From: Candidatus Iainarchaeum sp.
GTDB lineage: Archaea > Iainarchaeota > Iainarchaeia > Iainarchaeales > JAZDDZ01
Length of the DNA stretch: 28,349 bases
Assembly: GCA_043809245.1 (NCBI GenBank)
Contig: JAZDDZ010000029.1
Location: 1-28,349, forward strand
Direction: 5' to 3'
In this document: positions 7,350 to 16,190 of the stretch, one piece after another
Position numbering within the stretch: position 1 is the stretch's first letter
How the letters are laid out: each line of letters starts with the position of its first letter
Program-made: the position numbers and the translations under genes
Notes under the pieces: generated by a model
What the model was told of the DNA's origin: nothing
What the model saw: the letters and a program-made list of their open reading frames with translations, nothing else
Databases searched by the model: none

Positions 7350-8033
7350 ATGCCGCAAATACACGAAAGCCAGCTTTTAAGTGGGAACAACCCCAAAACT
7401 ACAAGGCGCAAGTTTGTTAAGTGGACTGTTGGAACACTAGCAGGGGGCTTGACTGCTTTGGGACTTGGGCGCATGTATAAGGCAAAAATAGAAGTGAGAA
7501 ATGCGCATTCTGCAAAAATCTCCAAAGAATTGGCTTCTTTGGGTTTCAACAAGGATTACGACATTATATGCAATAGTTACAAGTGGGAGCCGTCTGACCC
7601 AAAACACATGCAGTTTATGGAACTGGTAAGGTCACTCAGTGCCAAGTATAAAATTGGTCCCTTCAGGGTGCTTGATACGATTCAAGCCAACCCTATTTCC
7701 GCAGAGCAACTCTCGGCAATTAACCAAACCCGCGACTTTTGGGAGAGGGAAATGAAAAAATTGTCCGCAAAAAAGGACCCCGAATCAATTGAGAAATATA
7801 AAAAGGCAACTTCCAAATACAATCACTGGACACTTATAAATGAGATAATCAGCGATGTGATGGGCTCTAATACTGGAAGGGAAATGGAAAGCGAAATAAG
7901 CAAAGCAGGGGGTGGAAGAGACGCAATTCATGAACAAGCCGAAATGGAAAGGCGGCGCCAGTCCTCAAAAACTTCGGCAGCAGTTAAAAGATTCCTTGCG
8001 GCAAGAGCCGCAGGCAAAGCAAAAAAAGCATAA
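7350..8033 (+). CDS. Hypothetical protein with twin-arginine-like signal/anchor
   Basis: TRRKFVK followed by hydrophobic WTVGTLAGGLTALGLG. Confidence 0.7.
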   Translation: MPQIHESQLLSGNNPKTTRRKFVKWTVGTLAGGLTALGLGRMYKAKIEVRNAHSAKISKELASLGFNKDYDIICNSYKWEPSDPKHMQFMELVRSLSAKYKIGPFRVLDTIQANPISAEQLSAINQTRDFWEREMKKLSAKKDPESIEKYKKATSKYNHWTLINEIISDVMGSNTGREMESEISKAGGGRDAIHEQAEMERRRQSSKTSAAVKRFLAARAAGKAKKA

Positions 8034-8053
8034 CCCATTTCTTTGTTTCAGAA

Positions 8054-8407
8054 CTAACGGCGCATTCCCTTTAATTTAACCCTTCCCTCATGAATGGCTT
8101 CCTCTTCAAACCAGTCAAGGGCCCTCTGCAATCGCGTTTCCTGTTTTTTTGAAAGTTTTGGCGATTTTCTTGCAATGTTCGCAAGGGCGTTCAGAAAATT
8201 AATTTTTTGCTTTTCTGTCAGCGCAGGGCTTGAGATTATGCTTCTTGCGGAAAGCTTCATCTCCCTGTGCGCTTTTCCTAAACCCCAAATTTTTTCCGCA
8301 GCCAATTCAAGTTTTGAAGGGGCTGGTGCAAAATATTCTTTGCTTTCAATGGTTCGTCCGCCAAAAGGCCAAGCACTGCTAACTTTTTTCTTTGGAGGAC
8401 CAGCCAT
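8054..8407 (-). CDS. Basic hypothetical protein downstream of ilvE
   Basis: Start MAGPPKKK at 8407, preceded by an AGGTG SD overlapping the ilvE end. Confidence 0.65.
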   Translation of the reverse strand: MAGPPKKKVSSAWPFGGRTIESKEYFAPAPSKLELAAEKIWGLGKAHREMKLSARSIISSPALTEKQKINFLNALANIARKSPKLSKKQETRLQRALDWFEEEAIHEGRVKLKGMRR

Positions 8408-8415
8408 TTCAACAC

Positions 8416-9327
8416 CTAAACAAAATCCAGCCATTCTTTGTATTTTTCTTCTTTTCCGTGAATGATTGAGTAAAACTTTTGCTGCAGTTTTTTTGTAATC
8501 TCCCCCGGCTTGCCTTTGCCGATTGTTTTTCCATCCACCTCGCGGATTGGCGTGACTTCCGCGGCTGTTCCAGTCATGAATGCCTCATCCGCTGAATACA
8601 ATTCTTCTTTGCCGAAAAATTCTTCTTTCACTTCAATTCCAGAATCCCCTGCAACTTTCATCACTGAATCCCTTGTGATTCCAACCAATGCGAATTTTGT
8701 CGGCGGAGTCAAAAGCATTCCATCCTTCACAATGAACAAATTCTCGCCAGTGCACTCGCAAACCTTTTCCTCCAAATCAAGCATTATCGCTTCCTCGTAA
8801 CCGGAATTCAGCGCCTCCATTTTTGCAAGAGTGGAAATAGTGTAATGCCCTGTTGTCTTTGAGTGCGCTAACTCCTGTTTCACATAATGGCGGCGGTAAG
8901 AGGAAATTCTTGCCTTGATTCCGTTCTTTATTCCTTCCTCGCCGAGGTATGCTCCCCAAGGCCAGGCAGCAACCCCTGCCTCCACTGGCGCGCCTTTTGT
9001 GTCCAAGCCCATTTTTCCGTAACCGTAAAAAATCAGCGGGCGGATATAGCATTCGCGCAATTTGTTTGCTTTCACGACTTCCTTGCAGGCGCCTTCCAGT
9101 TGGCTTTGTGTAAAACCGTGCTTCATCTGCATTATTTTCGCTGAATTCATGAGGCGTTCAATGTGGTTTTTCAATCGGAAGATTGCAGGGCCTTTAGGCG
9201 TGTCATAGCAGCGAATGCCTTCAAACACTGCAGTGCCGTAATGCAATGAATGTGTGAGGAAATGCGTTTGCGCTTCCCTCCACTTCACCATTTTCCCGTT
9301 CAGCCAGATGAATTCGGTTTCGTTCAA
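8416..9327 (-). CDS. ilvE: Branched-chain amino acid aminotransferase
   Basis: HSLHYGTAVFEGIR, YIRPL, ECTGENLF, LVGITRDSV, DEAFMTGTAAEVTPI. Confidence 0.96.
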   Translation of the reverse strand: MNETEFIWLNGKMVKWREAQTHFLTHSLHYGTAVFEGIRCYDTPKGPAIFRLKNHIERLMNSAKIMQMKHGFTQSQLEGACKEVVKANKLRECYIRPLIFYGYGKMGLDTKGAPVEAGVAAWPWGAYLGEEGIKNGIKARISSYRRHYVKQELAHSKTTGHYTISTLAKMEALNSGYEEAIMLDLEEKVCECTGENLFIVKDGMLLTPPTKFALVGITRDSVMKVAGDSGIEVKEEFFGKEELYSADEAFMTGTAAEVTPIREVDGKTIGKGKPGEITKKLQQKFYSIIHGKEEKYKEWLDFV

Positions 9328-9395
9328 AAAAACACCTATTAAAGGTTGGGGGAAAAAATTTAATAAAGTGTTCTGGCTTGTTTTATCTGTTTGCT

Positions 9396-9629
9396 ATGAT
9401 TGGGAGAAAGGCCAAAGTTCCTGTAAAGAAAAGCCAGGGCGGTTCTCCGCCAATAGAGTTAAGGCAAATGGGCAGCATTATTCTTGCAATGGGCAAGCTA
9501 AATATGAAACCCAGAATTAATTTTTCTGACGCTGAGATTGCAAAAATTGCTTCAAGAACAAAGCTTGCTCCAAAGAGAGTCAAATACTTATTGGAAGAAT
9601 TGCAAAAACAAAAAAATCAGAACCTATAG
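9396..9629 (+). CDS. Small basic hypothetical protein (possible HTH-like C-terminus)
   Basis: ORF starting MIGRKAKVPVKK; C-terminal helical 'IAKIASRTKLAPKRVKYLLEEL'. Confidence 0.55.
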   Translation: MIGRKAKVPVKKSQGGSPPIELRQMGSIILAMGKLNMKPRINFSDAEIAKIASRTKLAPKRVKYLLEELQKQKNQNL

Positions 9630-9922
9630 GCCTTTTCGGCAAAATTTTCAATTTTTCCCTTTGAAATGCCCAAACCCTCTTTTTCCAACAATTCAATTTT
9701 TTTCTTTTTTCCTTGCACGTATCCTCCAACGGTTCCGTCGCTTTTCACCACTCTATGGCAGGGCACTTTCGGCGCAAAGGGGTTTTTATTGCAGGCGTTT
9801 CCCACTGCGCGCGCCGCCTTCGGCTTTCCAAGCCCTTTAGCTATCTCTTTGTATGTTGTCACCTTTCCAGGGGGAATTTTTTTCAGTTGCGCCCAGACTT
9901 TTTCGTTAAAGTTTTGCGCCAT
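9617..9922 (-). CDS. ogt: Methylated-DNA--protein-cysteine methyltransferase (single-domain MGMT)
   Basis: IPPGKVTTYKEIA, ARAVGNA, active site PCHRV. Confidence 0.92.
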   Translation of the reverse strand: MAQNFNEKVWAQLKKIPPGKVTTYKEIAKGLGKPKAARAVGNACNKNPFAPKVPCHRVVKSDGTVGGYVQGKKKKIELLEKEGLGISKGKIENFAEKAYRF

Positions 9923-9956
9923 AAATTAATTAATTGAATGGCTATTATTTTAAGTT

Positions 9957-10442
9957 ATGCCGCCGAATCTGCCAAAGCATGAGTTTGTTAGATTGCAAGG
10001 CAAAAAAATTATAGTAACGTCTCCAACGCCTCATGGCACGCCTTCAACTGCCTGGGCAGAATACGCTGGCAAGGAAGGCATAAGGATTGGCAGGACAGTT
10101 TATGGTGGCAAGGGAGGCATAATACGCGTGTGTGACGGAACCCCTACGGGACAAGTTAATGCAATGCATAGAGGAGCAGACCTTAAAGCAGCGGGTGTGA
10201 CAGCATTCTATTCCTTCAGGAAAGACCTTTTCATGGCAATGCATTCATGGAATGAGATGAGCATAAATAAAAGAGCCGAAGCACTTGCGGCACTTCAAAA
10301 AAAACTCTTGGAAATAAGAGAAAACTATCCCCTGTTCAGCCGCGCATTGGAACGCTCTAACATAAGCTTAAGCGGCAACGCAAAACTTTCTGATTTAAAA
10401 AAGCTTCGTGGAGCGCTTCAAAAAATTGTTAAAGAGGAATAA
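9957..10442 (+). CDS. Hypothetical protein upstream of panB
   Basis: 161-aa ORF starting MPPNLPKH, ending 3 nt before panB. Confidence 0.65.
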   Translation: MPPNLPKHEFVRLQGKKIIVTSPTPHGTPSTAWAEYAGKEGIRIGRTVYGGKGGIIRVCDGTPTGQVNAMHRGADLKAAGVTAFYSFRKDLFMAMHSWNEMSINKRAEALAALQKKLLEIRENYPLFSRALERSNISLSGNAKLSDLKKLRGALQKIVKEE

Positions 10443-10445
10443 CGC

Positions 10446-11228
10446 TTGCTGAAAAAGACAGTGCGTGAAATCCTTTCAATGAAGGGAAAGGAAAAAATCT
10501 GCATGCTGACAGCCTACGATGCGCCGACAGCCAAATTGCTTTCCGATGCGGGAATTGAAATAATTCTTGTCGGCGATTCCGTTGCAAACACATTGCTTGG
10601 ATATGAAAGCACAAAGGAAATTTCAATGAATGAAATGCTTCACCACACAGCAGCGGTTGCAAGGGCAAAGCCTGAAGCGCTGATTGTTGCCGATATGCCA
10701 ATCAATTCCTATGAAAACAAAAAAATTGCTTTAAGGAATGCACAAAGATTCCTAAGTGCAGGCGCGGACGCGGTGAAAATAGAGGGCGCAAAAATTGAAG
10801 TGGTGAAAGCCTTGCGCCTGAAAAGAATTCAGGTGATGGGGCACTTAGGCCTTTTGCCGCAGAGCGCAAAAAAATTCTCAGTTAAGGGAAAAAATTTTGA
10901 GGAAGCGAAAAGGATTCTCGATGACGCAATTCTGCTTGAGCGCGCCGGCTGTTTTTCAATTGTATTGGAATGCATTCCCGCGGCGCTTGCCTCAAAAATA
11001 ACTAAAAGCGTTTCCATTCCAACAATCGGCATCGGAGCAGGCCCGCTCTGCGACGGGCAGGTGTTGGTAATCAATGATTTGCTTGGATTCAACGCGGATG
11101 AAAATTTCAAGCCAAAATTCGTGAAACGCTACGCAAACCTTAACCAGGAGATTCTGCGAGCGGTAAAGGAATTCAGGAGAGAAGTGAAGGAGCGAAAATT
11201 TCCTTCGAAGGAATTATGTTATCCTTAA
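10446..11228 (+). CDS. panB: 3-methyl-2-oxobutanoate (ketopantoate) hydroxymethyltransferase
   Basis: MLTAYD, ILVGDS, VADMP, AVKIEG, MGHLGLLPQ, PTIGIGAG..CDGQVLV. Confidence 0.96.
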   Translation: MLKKTVREILSMKGKEKICMLTAYDAPTAKLLSDAGIEIILVGDSVANTLLGYESTKEISMNEMLHHTAAVARAKPEALIVADMPINSYENKKIALRNAQRFLSAGADAVKIEGAKIEVVKALRLKRIQVMGHLGLLPQSAKKFSVKGKNFEEAKRILDDAILLERAGCFSIVLECIPAALASKITKSVSIPTIGIGAGPLCDGQVLVINDLLGFNADENFKPKFVKRYANLNQEILRAVKEFRREVKERKFPSKELCYP

Positions 11229-12466
11229 GCAACCCATTTTTCCAACGCGGCTTCCAGTTCTTTATGCGTTTTCGCGTACTGCTTTAATTCAATGCCCTGA
11301 ACTGCTGCTTCAAGCGCCTGCCTTGCGGCTTTGGCGCCGGCAATTGTGCCCTGCGGGTGGCCGTGCACGCCGCCACCCATTTGAATGACAATGTCTTTTC
11401 CTAGCGCTTTAACAAGCGAGGGAACATGCCCTGGGTGCAGTCCACCAGAACAAACTGAAAGAGTTTTCTTCAAGCCAAACCAATCCTGTTTCAATGCATT
11501 GTCTATTTCCTGAACCTCTTCTTTTCCGCCCTCCATTTTTCCGAAAATCGCGCCAATGTGCAGTTGGTCCATTCCAATCATTCTGCAAAGCCTTGCAATG
11601 ACAAGCATTGAAATTCCGTGCTTTGGGTTTCGCGTGAAGGCAGCGTGCCCAGCGCGGTGCGCGTGAAAAACAAGCTTTAAGTTTTCGTTGCGCAGTTCCT
11701 GCAAGGCGCCCCATCCAACCGTTAAAACGTCAACCATTGCATACTCTCCGCCTTTTTCCTTAACCAATTGCGCGCGTTTCACCATTTCCTTAAATGGAGA
11801 GGAAACATTCGGCATGTAAATTTTTTTCTCCCCGGTTTCCCCCTCACACTTGTCGCGCAGGCGAAAGGTTTCATTCATTCGCTCCCTGAAATTATTGAAT
11901 GCCATGGAAGAAAGGTTTTCATCATCTTTCACAATGTCCAATCCGCCTAACCAGGCATTGTATGCGACTTTTGCATGCTCTTTTGCATTCAAACCCAGCT
12001 TTGGCTTTATGATTGTTCCAACCAATGGCCTGCCTTTCACGCCAACAATTTTTCTGATGCCTTCAATTCCGAATTCAGGGCCTTTGTATTCTTTCACAAT
12101 TTTTTCAGGAAAAATCAAATCATTCAGGCGAAGGCTGTCAACTTCCTTCATTCCGAAAACGTTTCCTGCAACAGAGCTCATTATCTGTGAAATGTTTCCG
12201 GCTTCAAACAAGTCAATTGGATAGGCAATCTTCGCAGTGCCTTTTTTTTCATCCAGTTCAAAAATTTTCGGGCGCAGCCTTTTCAAAATGTCCTGCGTTA
12301 AAGTGCTTAGCTCTGTCCATGTGCCGATGCTGCTTTCCGCTGCAACTGCCTGAGCCGCCTCTTCAAATGGAACTTTTGCGTTTGGTTCAAGAAAGAAATC
12401 CGCAACCAAATCCCCTTTTCCCGGCTTGTAGGAAAGGTCAACGTATCCTTTATAGCTTGTTGTCAT
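11225..12466 (-). CDS. rbcL: Ribulose-1,5-bisphosphate carboxylase, archaeal form III
   Basis: AAESSIGTW, GTIIKPKLGL, catalytic GLDIVKDDE, HAHRAGHA, SGGLHPG, GGGVHGHP. Confidence 0.93.
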   Translation of the reverse strand: MTTSYKGYVDLSYKPGKGDLVADFFLEPNAKVPFEEAAQAVAAESSIGTWTELSTLTQDILKRLRPKIFELDEKKGTAKIAYPIDLFEAGNISQIMSSVAGNVFGMKEVDSLRLNDLIFPEKIVKEYKGPEFGIEGIRKIVGVKGRPLVGTIIKPKLGLNAKEHAKVAYNAWLGGLDIVKDDENLSSMAFNNFRERMNETFRLRDKCEGETGEKKIYMPNVSSPFKEMVKRAQLVKEKGGEYAMVDVLTVGWGALQELRNENLKLVFHAHRAGHAAFTRNPKHGISMLVIARLCRMIGMDQLHIGAIFGKMEGGKEEVQEIDNALKQDWFGLKKTLSVCSGGLHPGHVPSLVKALGKDIVIQMGGGVHGHPQGTIAGAKAARQALEAAVQGIELKQYAKTHKELEAALEKWVA

Positions 12467-12477
12467 TTGACCACGCG

Positions 12478-13119
12478 TTAAATCCCTTCGCCGAATTCAT
12501 CCTGCACAAAGAAATTGTTGCATAAGTCCACCAGCTGGCCTGCCTTTTGGCAAAGCGCCTGGTTTCCGTGAACTGTTGCCACGCCATAATAGCAGTCGTC
12601 TTTCTGGTAGCCCGCAAGGTCACAATAGGAGGGGGAATTGTTTGAAATCGCGACTTCGCCAATGCACATTTCCTTCATGCAGCCGATTTCACAGAAAAGC
12701 GCGTCAAGCCCATTGCATAAGGATGCATCGTTTTTTTTCACTCCAAGCTGCATAAGGCAGTCGTCCCTTGCCTCACCCGCATTTTCACACAATGAAGCAT
12801 CGCCGTTATACAATGCAAGCGCGTAAAGGCAGTTCTGCTGCTTGAATTCATTTTCCGCATTAGCGCAGCTTTCAATTGTTTCCTTTGAGCCGTCAAATTC
12901 AGGCTTGTACAATTCGCTTGGGTCAGAAATATACTCGGATGGGTCAAAATTTTCGTCCCCGGGATTGATGTCAGTGAAGTCACTTAAGTCCTGAATGTCT
13001 TTCTGCGTTTGCTCCGGCAGCTGGCTTTCAGGCGAAGGCTTTGGCGCCAAAACAAAAACGTAAAGCAATGCAAACACCACTATCGCGATTACCGCGCCTA
13101 AAACAAATTTGCTGTTCAT
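12478..13119 (-). CDS. Membrane-anchored Cys-repeat surface protein
   Basis: N-terminal TM segment, acidic linker, four C-x-x-x-x-[A/G]-x8-C style repeats. Confidence 0.8.
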   Translation of the reverse strand: MNSKFVLGAVIAIVVFALLYVFVLAPKPSPESQLPEQTQKDIQDLSDFTDINPGDENFDPSEYISDPSELYKPEFDGSKETIESCANAENEFKQQNCLYALALYNGDASLCENAGEARDDCLMQLGVKKNDASLCNGLDALFCEIGCMKEMCIGEVAISNNSPSYCDLAGYQKDDCYYGVATVHGNQALCQKAGQLVDLCNNFFVQDEFGEGI

Positions 13120-13232
13120 TTAAACCGCGCAACACTTTTTCTATAAATAAAGGGCTTAACTTGTTTTTAAGCGTATCGGAAAGCTAAGCCAGCGCAGATT
13201 CCTTTATTAATTTTTTACCCCTTTTTTTTGGC

Positions 13233-13823
13233 ATGAAGAAAATGGTTTTGCTTATCGCGGGCCTGAGCGGCACGGGAAAAAGCAACCTCTGTGAAAGGCT
13301 GGCGGAAAAGTTCCGCCTGCATTACTATCCCACTTCCTCGCTTTTAAAGCAGTTAAGGGAAAAGGAGTTCAAAAAAATACGGAGAAAAGAGCTTGGAAAA
13401 AACCTTGGCTGGTTTGAAAGCACTGAGGGAAAAAAGTTTTTGGATGAAAGGCTCAGGGACTCAAAGACAGACGAACTGCTTGACAGGGAGCTGTTGAAAC
13501 TCATTGGAAAAGGCAACGTTGTTTTGGACAGCTGGACCATGCCCTGGCTCAGCAAAACAGGATTCAAGGCATGGCTAACCGCTTCGGATAATGTTAGGTT
13601 TAAGCGCCTGGCTGGAAGGGATAAAATTGCAGTCAAAAAAATTGAGTCAATTGTAAGGGAAAAGGAGAAAAAAACCGCTGCGCTTTTCCGCCGCATTTAC
13701 GGCTTTGAATTCGGAAAAGACCTGGAGCCATTCAACCTTCTAGTGAACACTGATAATTTAAGCGAAAAAGAGGTCTTTGGCATTGTTTCAGGGGAAGTGA
13801 AAAGGTTTTATGGCTTACGCTGA
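13233..13823 (+). CDS. cmk: Cytidylate kinase, archaeal type
   Basis: P-loop IAGLSGTGKS, 'D..LD', GNVVLDS, WLTAS..VR..R, 'IYG', 'VNTD'. Confidence 0.75.
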   Translation: MKKMVLLIAGLSGTGKSNLCERLAEKFRLHYYPTSSLLKQLREKEFKKIRRKELGKNLGWFESTEGKKFLDERLRDSKTDELLDRELLKLIGKGNVVLDSWTMPWLSKTGFKAWLTASDNVRFKRLAGRDKIAVKKIESIVREKEKKTAALFRRIYGFEFGKDLEPFNLLVNTDNLSEKEVFGIVSGEVKRFYGLR

Positions 13824-13864
13824 CTCATTTAATCGTCTATCAAACGGTTTTGGGGGTGTTTTTT

Positions 13865-14569
13865 TTGGACAGGGTTCAAACAGGAATAAAGGGCTTTGAT
13901 GAATTGGTTCAGGGCGGAATCCCAAGGGGAAGCACGGTTCTCCTTGGAGGAGGCGCCGGAACCTGTAAAACGATTTTCGGAATTCACTTCATTTACCAGG
14001 GCGCGGTTAAGTTTAATGAACCCGGCTTGTATGTAACGCTTGAAAGCAATGTGAAAAACATCACGTGGAATTTGGAGAATTTCGGCTGGGATGTGAAAAA
14101 ACTGCAGGACAAGAACATGGTTCGCGTTTACAAGCTGAACTTGAATGCAAAGGAAAACGTGGAAATGCAGATTGACGCGGAACTTGACGCGATAGCGCAG
14201 ATAGTAAAGGAAATGGGGGCAAAAAGAATTGTTGTTGATTCAACAACTGCTTTCGCTGTTTGGATAAAGGAACCCGGCGCAATCCGCTCACTGCTTTACA
14301 GGTTCACAGAAGGCTTAAAGGAATTGGGCTGCACTTCGCTTTTGATTTCAGAGACCAAGGGAATGAGGAATGACTTCAGCGCTTTCGGCGTGGAGGAATT
14401 TGTCGCGGACGCAGTGATTGCATTGTACTTCACTCCGCCCCACCGCTCTATTTTCGTGAGAAAAATGAGGGGAACAAACCATTCAAAAGGTGTTCACCCG
14501 TTTGAAATAACGAACACTGGCCTGGATGTCAAGCCAAAGGATGAAATTCTTTGGGATGCAATCAAATAA
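13865..14569 (+). CDS. KaiC/RAD55-like RecA-superfamily ATPase
   Basis: DRVQTGIKGFDELVQGGIPRG, Walker A GGAGTCKT, RIVVDS, VEEFVADAVI, KMRGTNHS; TTG start after GGGGTG. Confidence 0.9.
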   Translation: MDRVQTGIKGFDELVQGGIPRGSTVLLGGGAGTCKTIFGIHFIYQGAVKFNEPGLYVTLESNVKNITWNLENFGWDVKKLQDKNMVRVYKLNLNAKENVEMQIDAELDAIAQIVKEMGAKRIVVDSTTAFAVWIKEPGAIRSLLYRFTEGLKELGCTSLLISETKGMRNDFSAFGVEEFVADAVIALYFTPPHRSIFVRKMRGTNHSKGVHPFEITNTGLDVKPKDEILWDAIK

Positions 14570-14581
14570 TTTAATTGAAGC

Positions 14582-15187
14582 GTGAATGAAATGCAGACCG
14601 AACCGTCCCTTGACGTAATTGACATCCATTACGGCGTAAAGCAGGTTGTAAGGGATGAGCTTGAAGCCTTGCCCGAAGAATACACTTTGTTAGTGGTTGT
14701 GACGCCGAAAAGCTATGAGGTAACAATTTCGTCTTTCATGGATTATTTTTTGAACGGCAAAAAGCTTTTCGGCACATACATCACAACCAACAAGCCTTTC
14801 CGCAAAATAATGGAGAAGTTTTTGCGCGAAGGCATCAAGGCGGAGAACCTTTTCTTCATTGACTGCGTCACAAGGGAGGCAACCGACAACAGCAGGGCTT
14901 CAGGTGTAAAGGTCTTCAGTTCGCAGAACGTAACGGAAATGACAGTTGTGCTTGACAAAGTCGTGAAATCAAAGAAAATCGGCGGAGAATTCATTTTTTT
15001 GGACAGCGTTTCAACGCTGTTGGTTTACAATGACGAGAAGACAGTTGAAAAATTCGTCCACGCAATGCTTGAACGCATTTACTTTTGGCGCACAAAAGGC
15101 GTTTTCATCACGGTTGAAACAAGCTCCAACAAGCAGACAATCGAAAACCTATCTCTTTTCTTCGACAAAACGATTAGGATTGAGTGA
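14582..15187 (+). CDS. Inactivated KaiC/RecA-fold partner protein (DUF835/DUF7504-like)
   Basis: YITTNKP, FFIDCVT, FIFLDSVSTLLVYN; no Walker A; co-oriented after the KaiC-like gene. Confidence 0.7.
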   Translation: MNEMQTEPSLDVIDIHYGVKQVVRDELEALPEEYTLLVVVTPKSYEVTISSFMDYFLNGKKLFGTYITTNKPFRKIMEKFLREGIKAENLFFIDCVTREATDNSRASGVKVFSSQNVTEMTVVLDKVVKSKKIGGEFIFLDSVSTLLVYNDEKTVEKFVHAMLERIYFWRTKGVFITVETSSNKQTIENLSLFFDKTIRIE

Positions 15188-15205
15188 CTGCGCGGGGGTT
15201 TAAGC

Positions 15206-15532
15206 TTGAAGCGAAAAAAAGGCCCAAAGTCTTTTGGTTTGCCCAGCGGGAATAACCCTTAAGACGTTGTATTCGCGCACCTGCAGTTGGCAAAACCGCA
15301 TGGAATAAAATTTTCAAGAAGCGGGGCTTCTAAGTTCTTAAATCAATTCTATGCAAGAAAAAAGCAATGGGTCGGCGGCAAAAGCGAACTTGATAGGCTT
15401 AAAGGCGAATTGAAACTTAACCAGTGGTTCATTGAACAAACCGAGGTAAGCCTTCTTGCTCCGCAAACCCTGGCTGAAATGCAAAAAAGGATAGCAGAAC
15501 TTGAAACTGAAGCGCAAAAGAAACGAAAATAA
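15206..15532 (+). pseudogene. Basic orphan gene interrupted by one in-frame TAA (15260-15262)
   Basis: SD GGGGGT + TTG 15206 gives MKRKKGPKSFGLPSGNNP*DVVFAHLQLAKPHG..., in frame with ORF 15287-15532. Confidence 0.6.
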
Positions 15533-15542
15533 GCAGGCGGTT

Positions 15543-15758
15543 TTACTGCCCGCCTTTCACTGCAAGCTTGATGTCTTCCGCTGTAACGGTTTTTCTTTTA
15601 GCGTGTTTGGATAATTCGTCTGCTTTTTTTGCGACTTCAATTCCCCTTTCCTCTAAAACAATGCACAGCTCTGCTGCTGCGTCCTCGCTTACCCTTCCCG
15701 CTCCTGACTTTCTAATTAAGCGGTCAACAGCAGCCAAAGGCAAAATCCTGTCCCCCAT
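15543..15758 (-). CDS. Archaeal histone (HMfA/B family)
   Basis: LPLAAVDRLIRKSGAGRVSEDA...HAKRKTVTAEDIKLA; SD GAGGTG before ATG 15758. Confidence 0.95.
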   Translation of the reverse strand: MGDRILPLAAVDRLIRKSGAGRVSEDAAAELCIVLEERGIEVAKKADELSKHAKRKTVTAEDIKLAVKGGQ

Positions 15759-15798
15759 AAAACGAATACACCTCAGAAATCCTTTAAATGGCAAAAAT

Positions 15799-15847
15799 TA
15801 AAAAGCCATGGCTTTTTAGAGGCGGAAAAGGGTTTAAAACCGGTTTT
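15799..15847. repeat. Two perfect palindromes between MNT and histone genes
   Basis: TAAAAAGCCATGGCTTTTTA (15799-15818) and AAAACCGGTTTT (15836-15847). Confidence 0.7.
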
Positions 15848-15860
15848 TAAAGCTAAAATC

Positions 15861-16190
15861 TTATTTAATGGGGATTCCTGTTTCAAGGGCGTCTCTAACC
15901 AAGCCTAATTCGTTTTTTCTTTTTTGAATGTCATTTTCCGTATAGCAAAATACTTCTACATCCTGCCCTACGGGTTTTTCAATTAAAGAAAGCACTTTAT
16001 CCATTCTTTCACGAAAGGAAAGCCCTTCAAACCTGTTTGAAATTACAAGCAAATCCCAGTCACTGGAATTAAATGCGTCGCCTTTTGCCCTTGAACCGAA
16101 TAGAATGACTTCAACTGGCGCCAATTTTTCTCCAATGCGCTTAACAAGCAAGCGGATCGGGGGGCTTATTTCAACTGTTTTTCCAGCCAT
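15861..16190 (-). CDS. Minimal nucleotidyltransferase (MNT) of a HEPN-MNT module
   Basis: ILFGSRAKGD....SDWDLLVI (GS-x10-DxD). Confidence 0.9.
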   Translation of the reverse strand: MAGKTVEISPPIRLLVKRIGEKLAPVEVILFGSRAKGDAFNSSDWDLLVISNRFEGLSFRERMDKVLSLIEKPVGQDVEVFCYTENDIQKRKNELGLVRDALETGIPIK

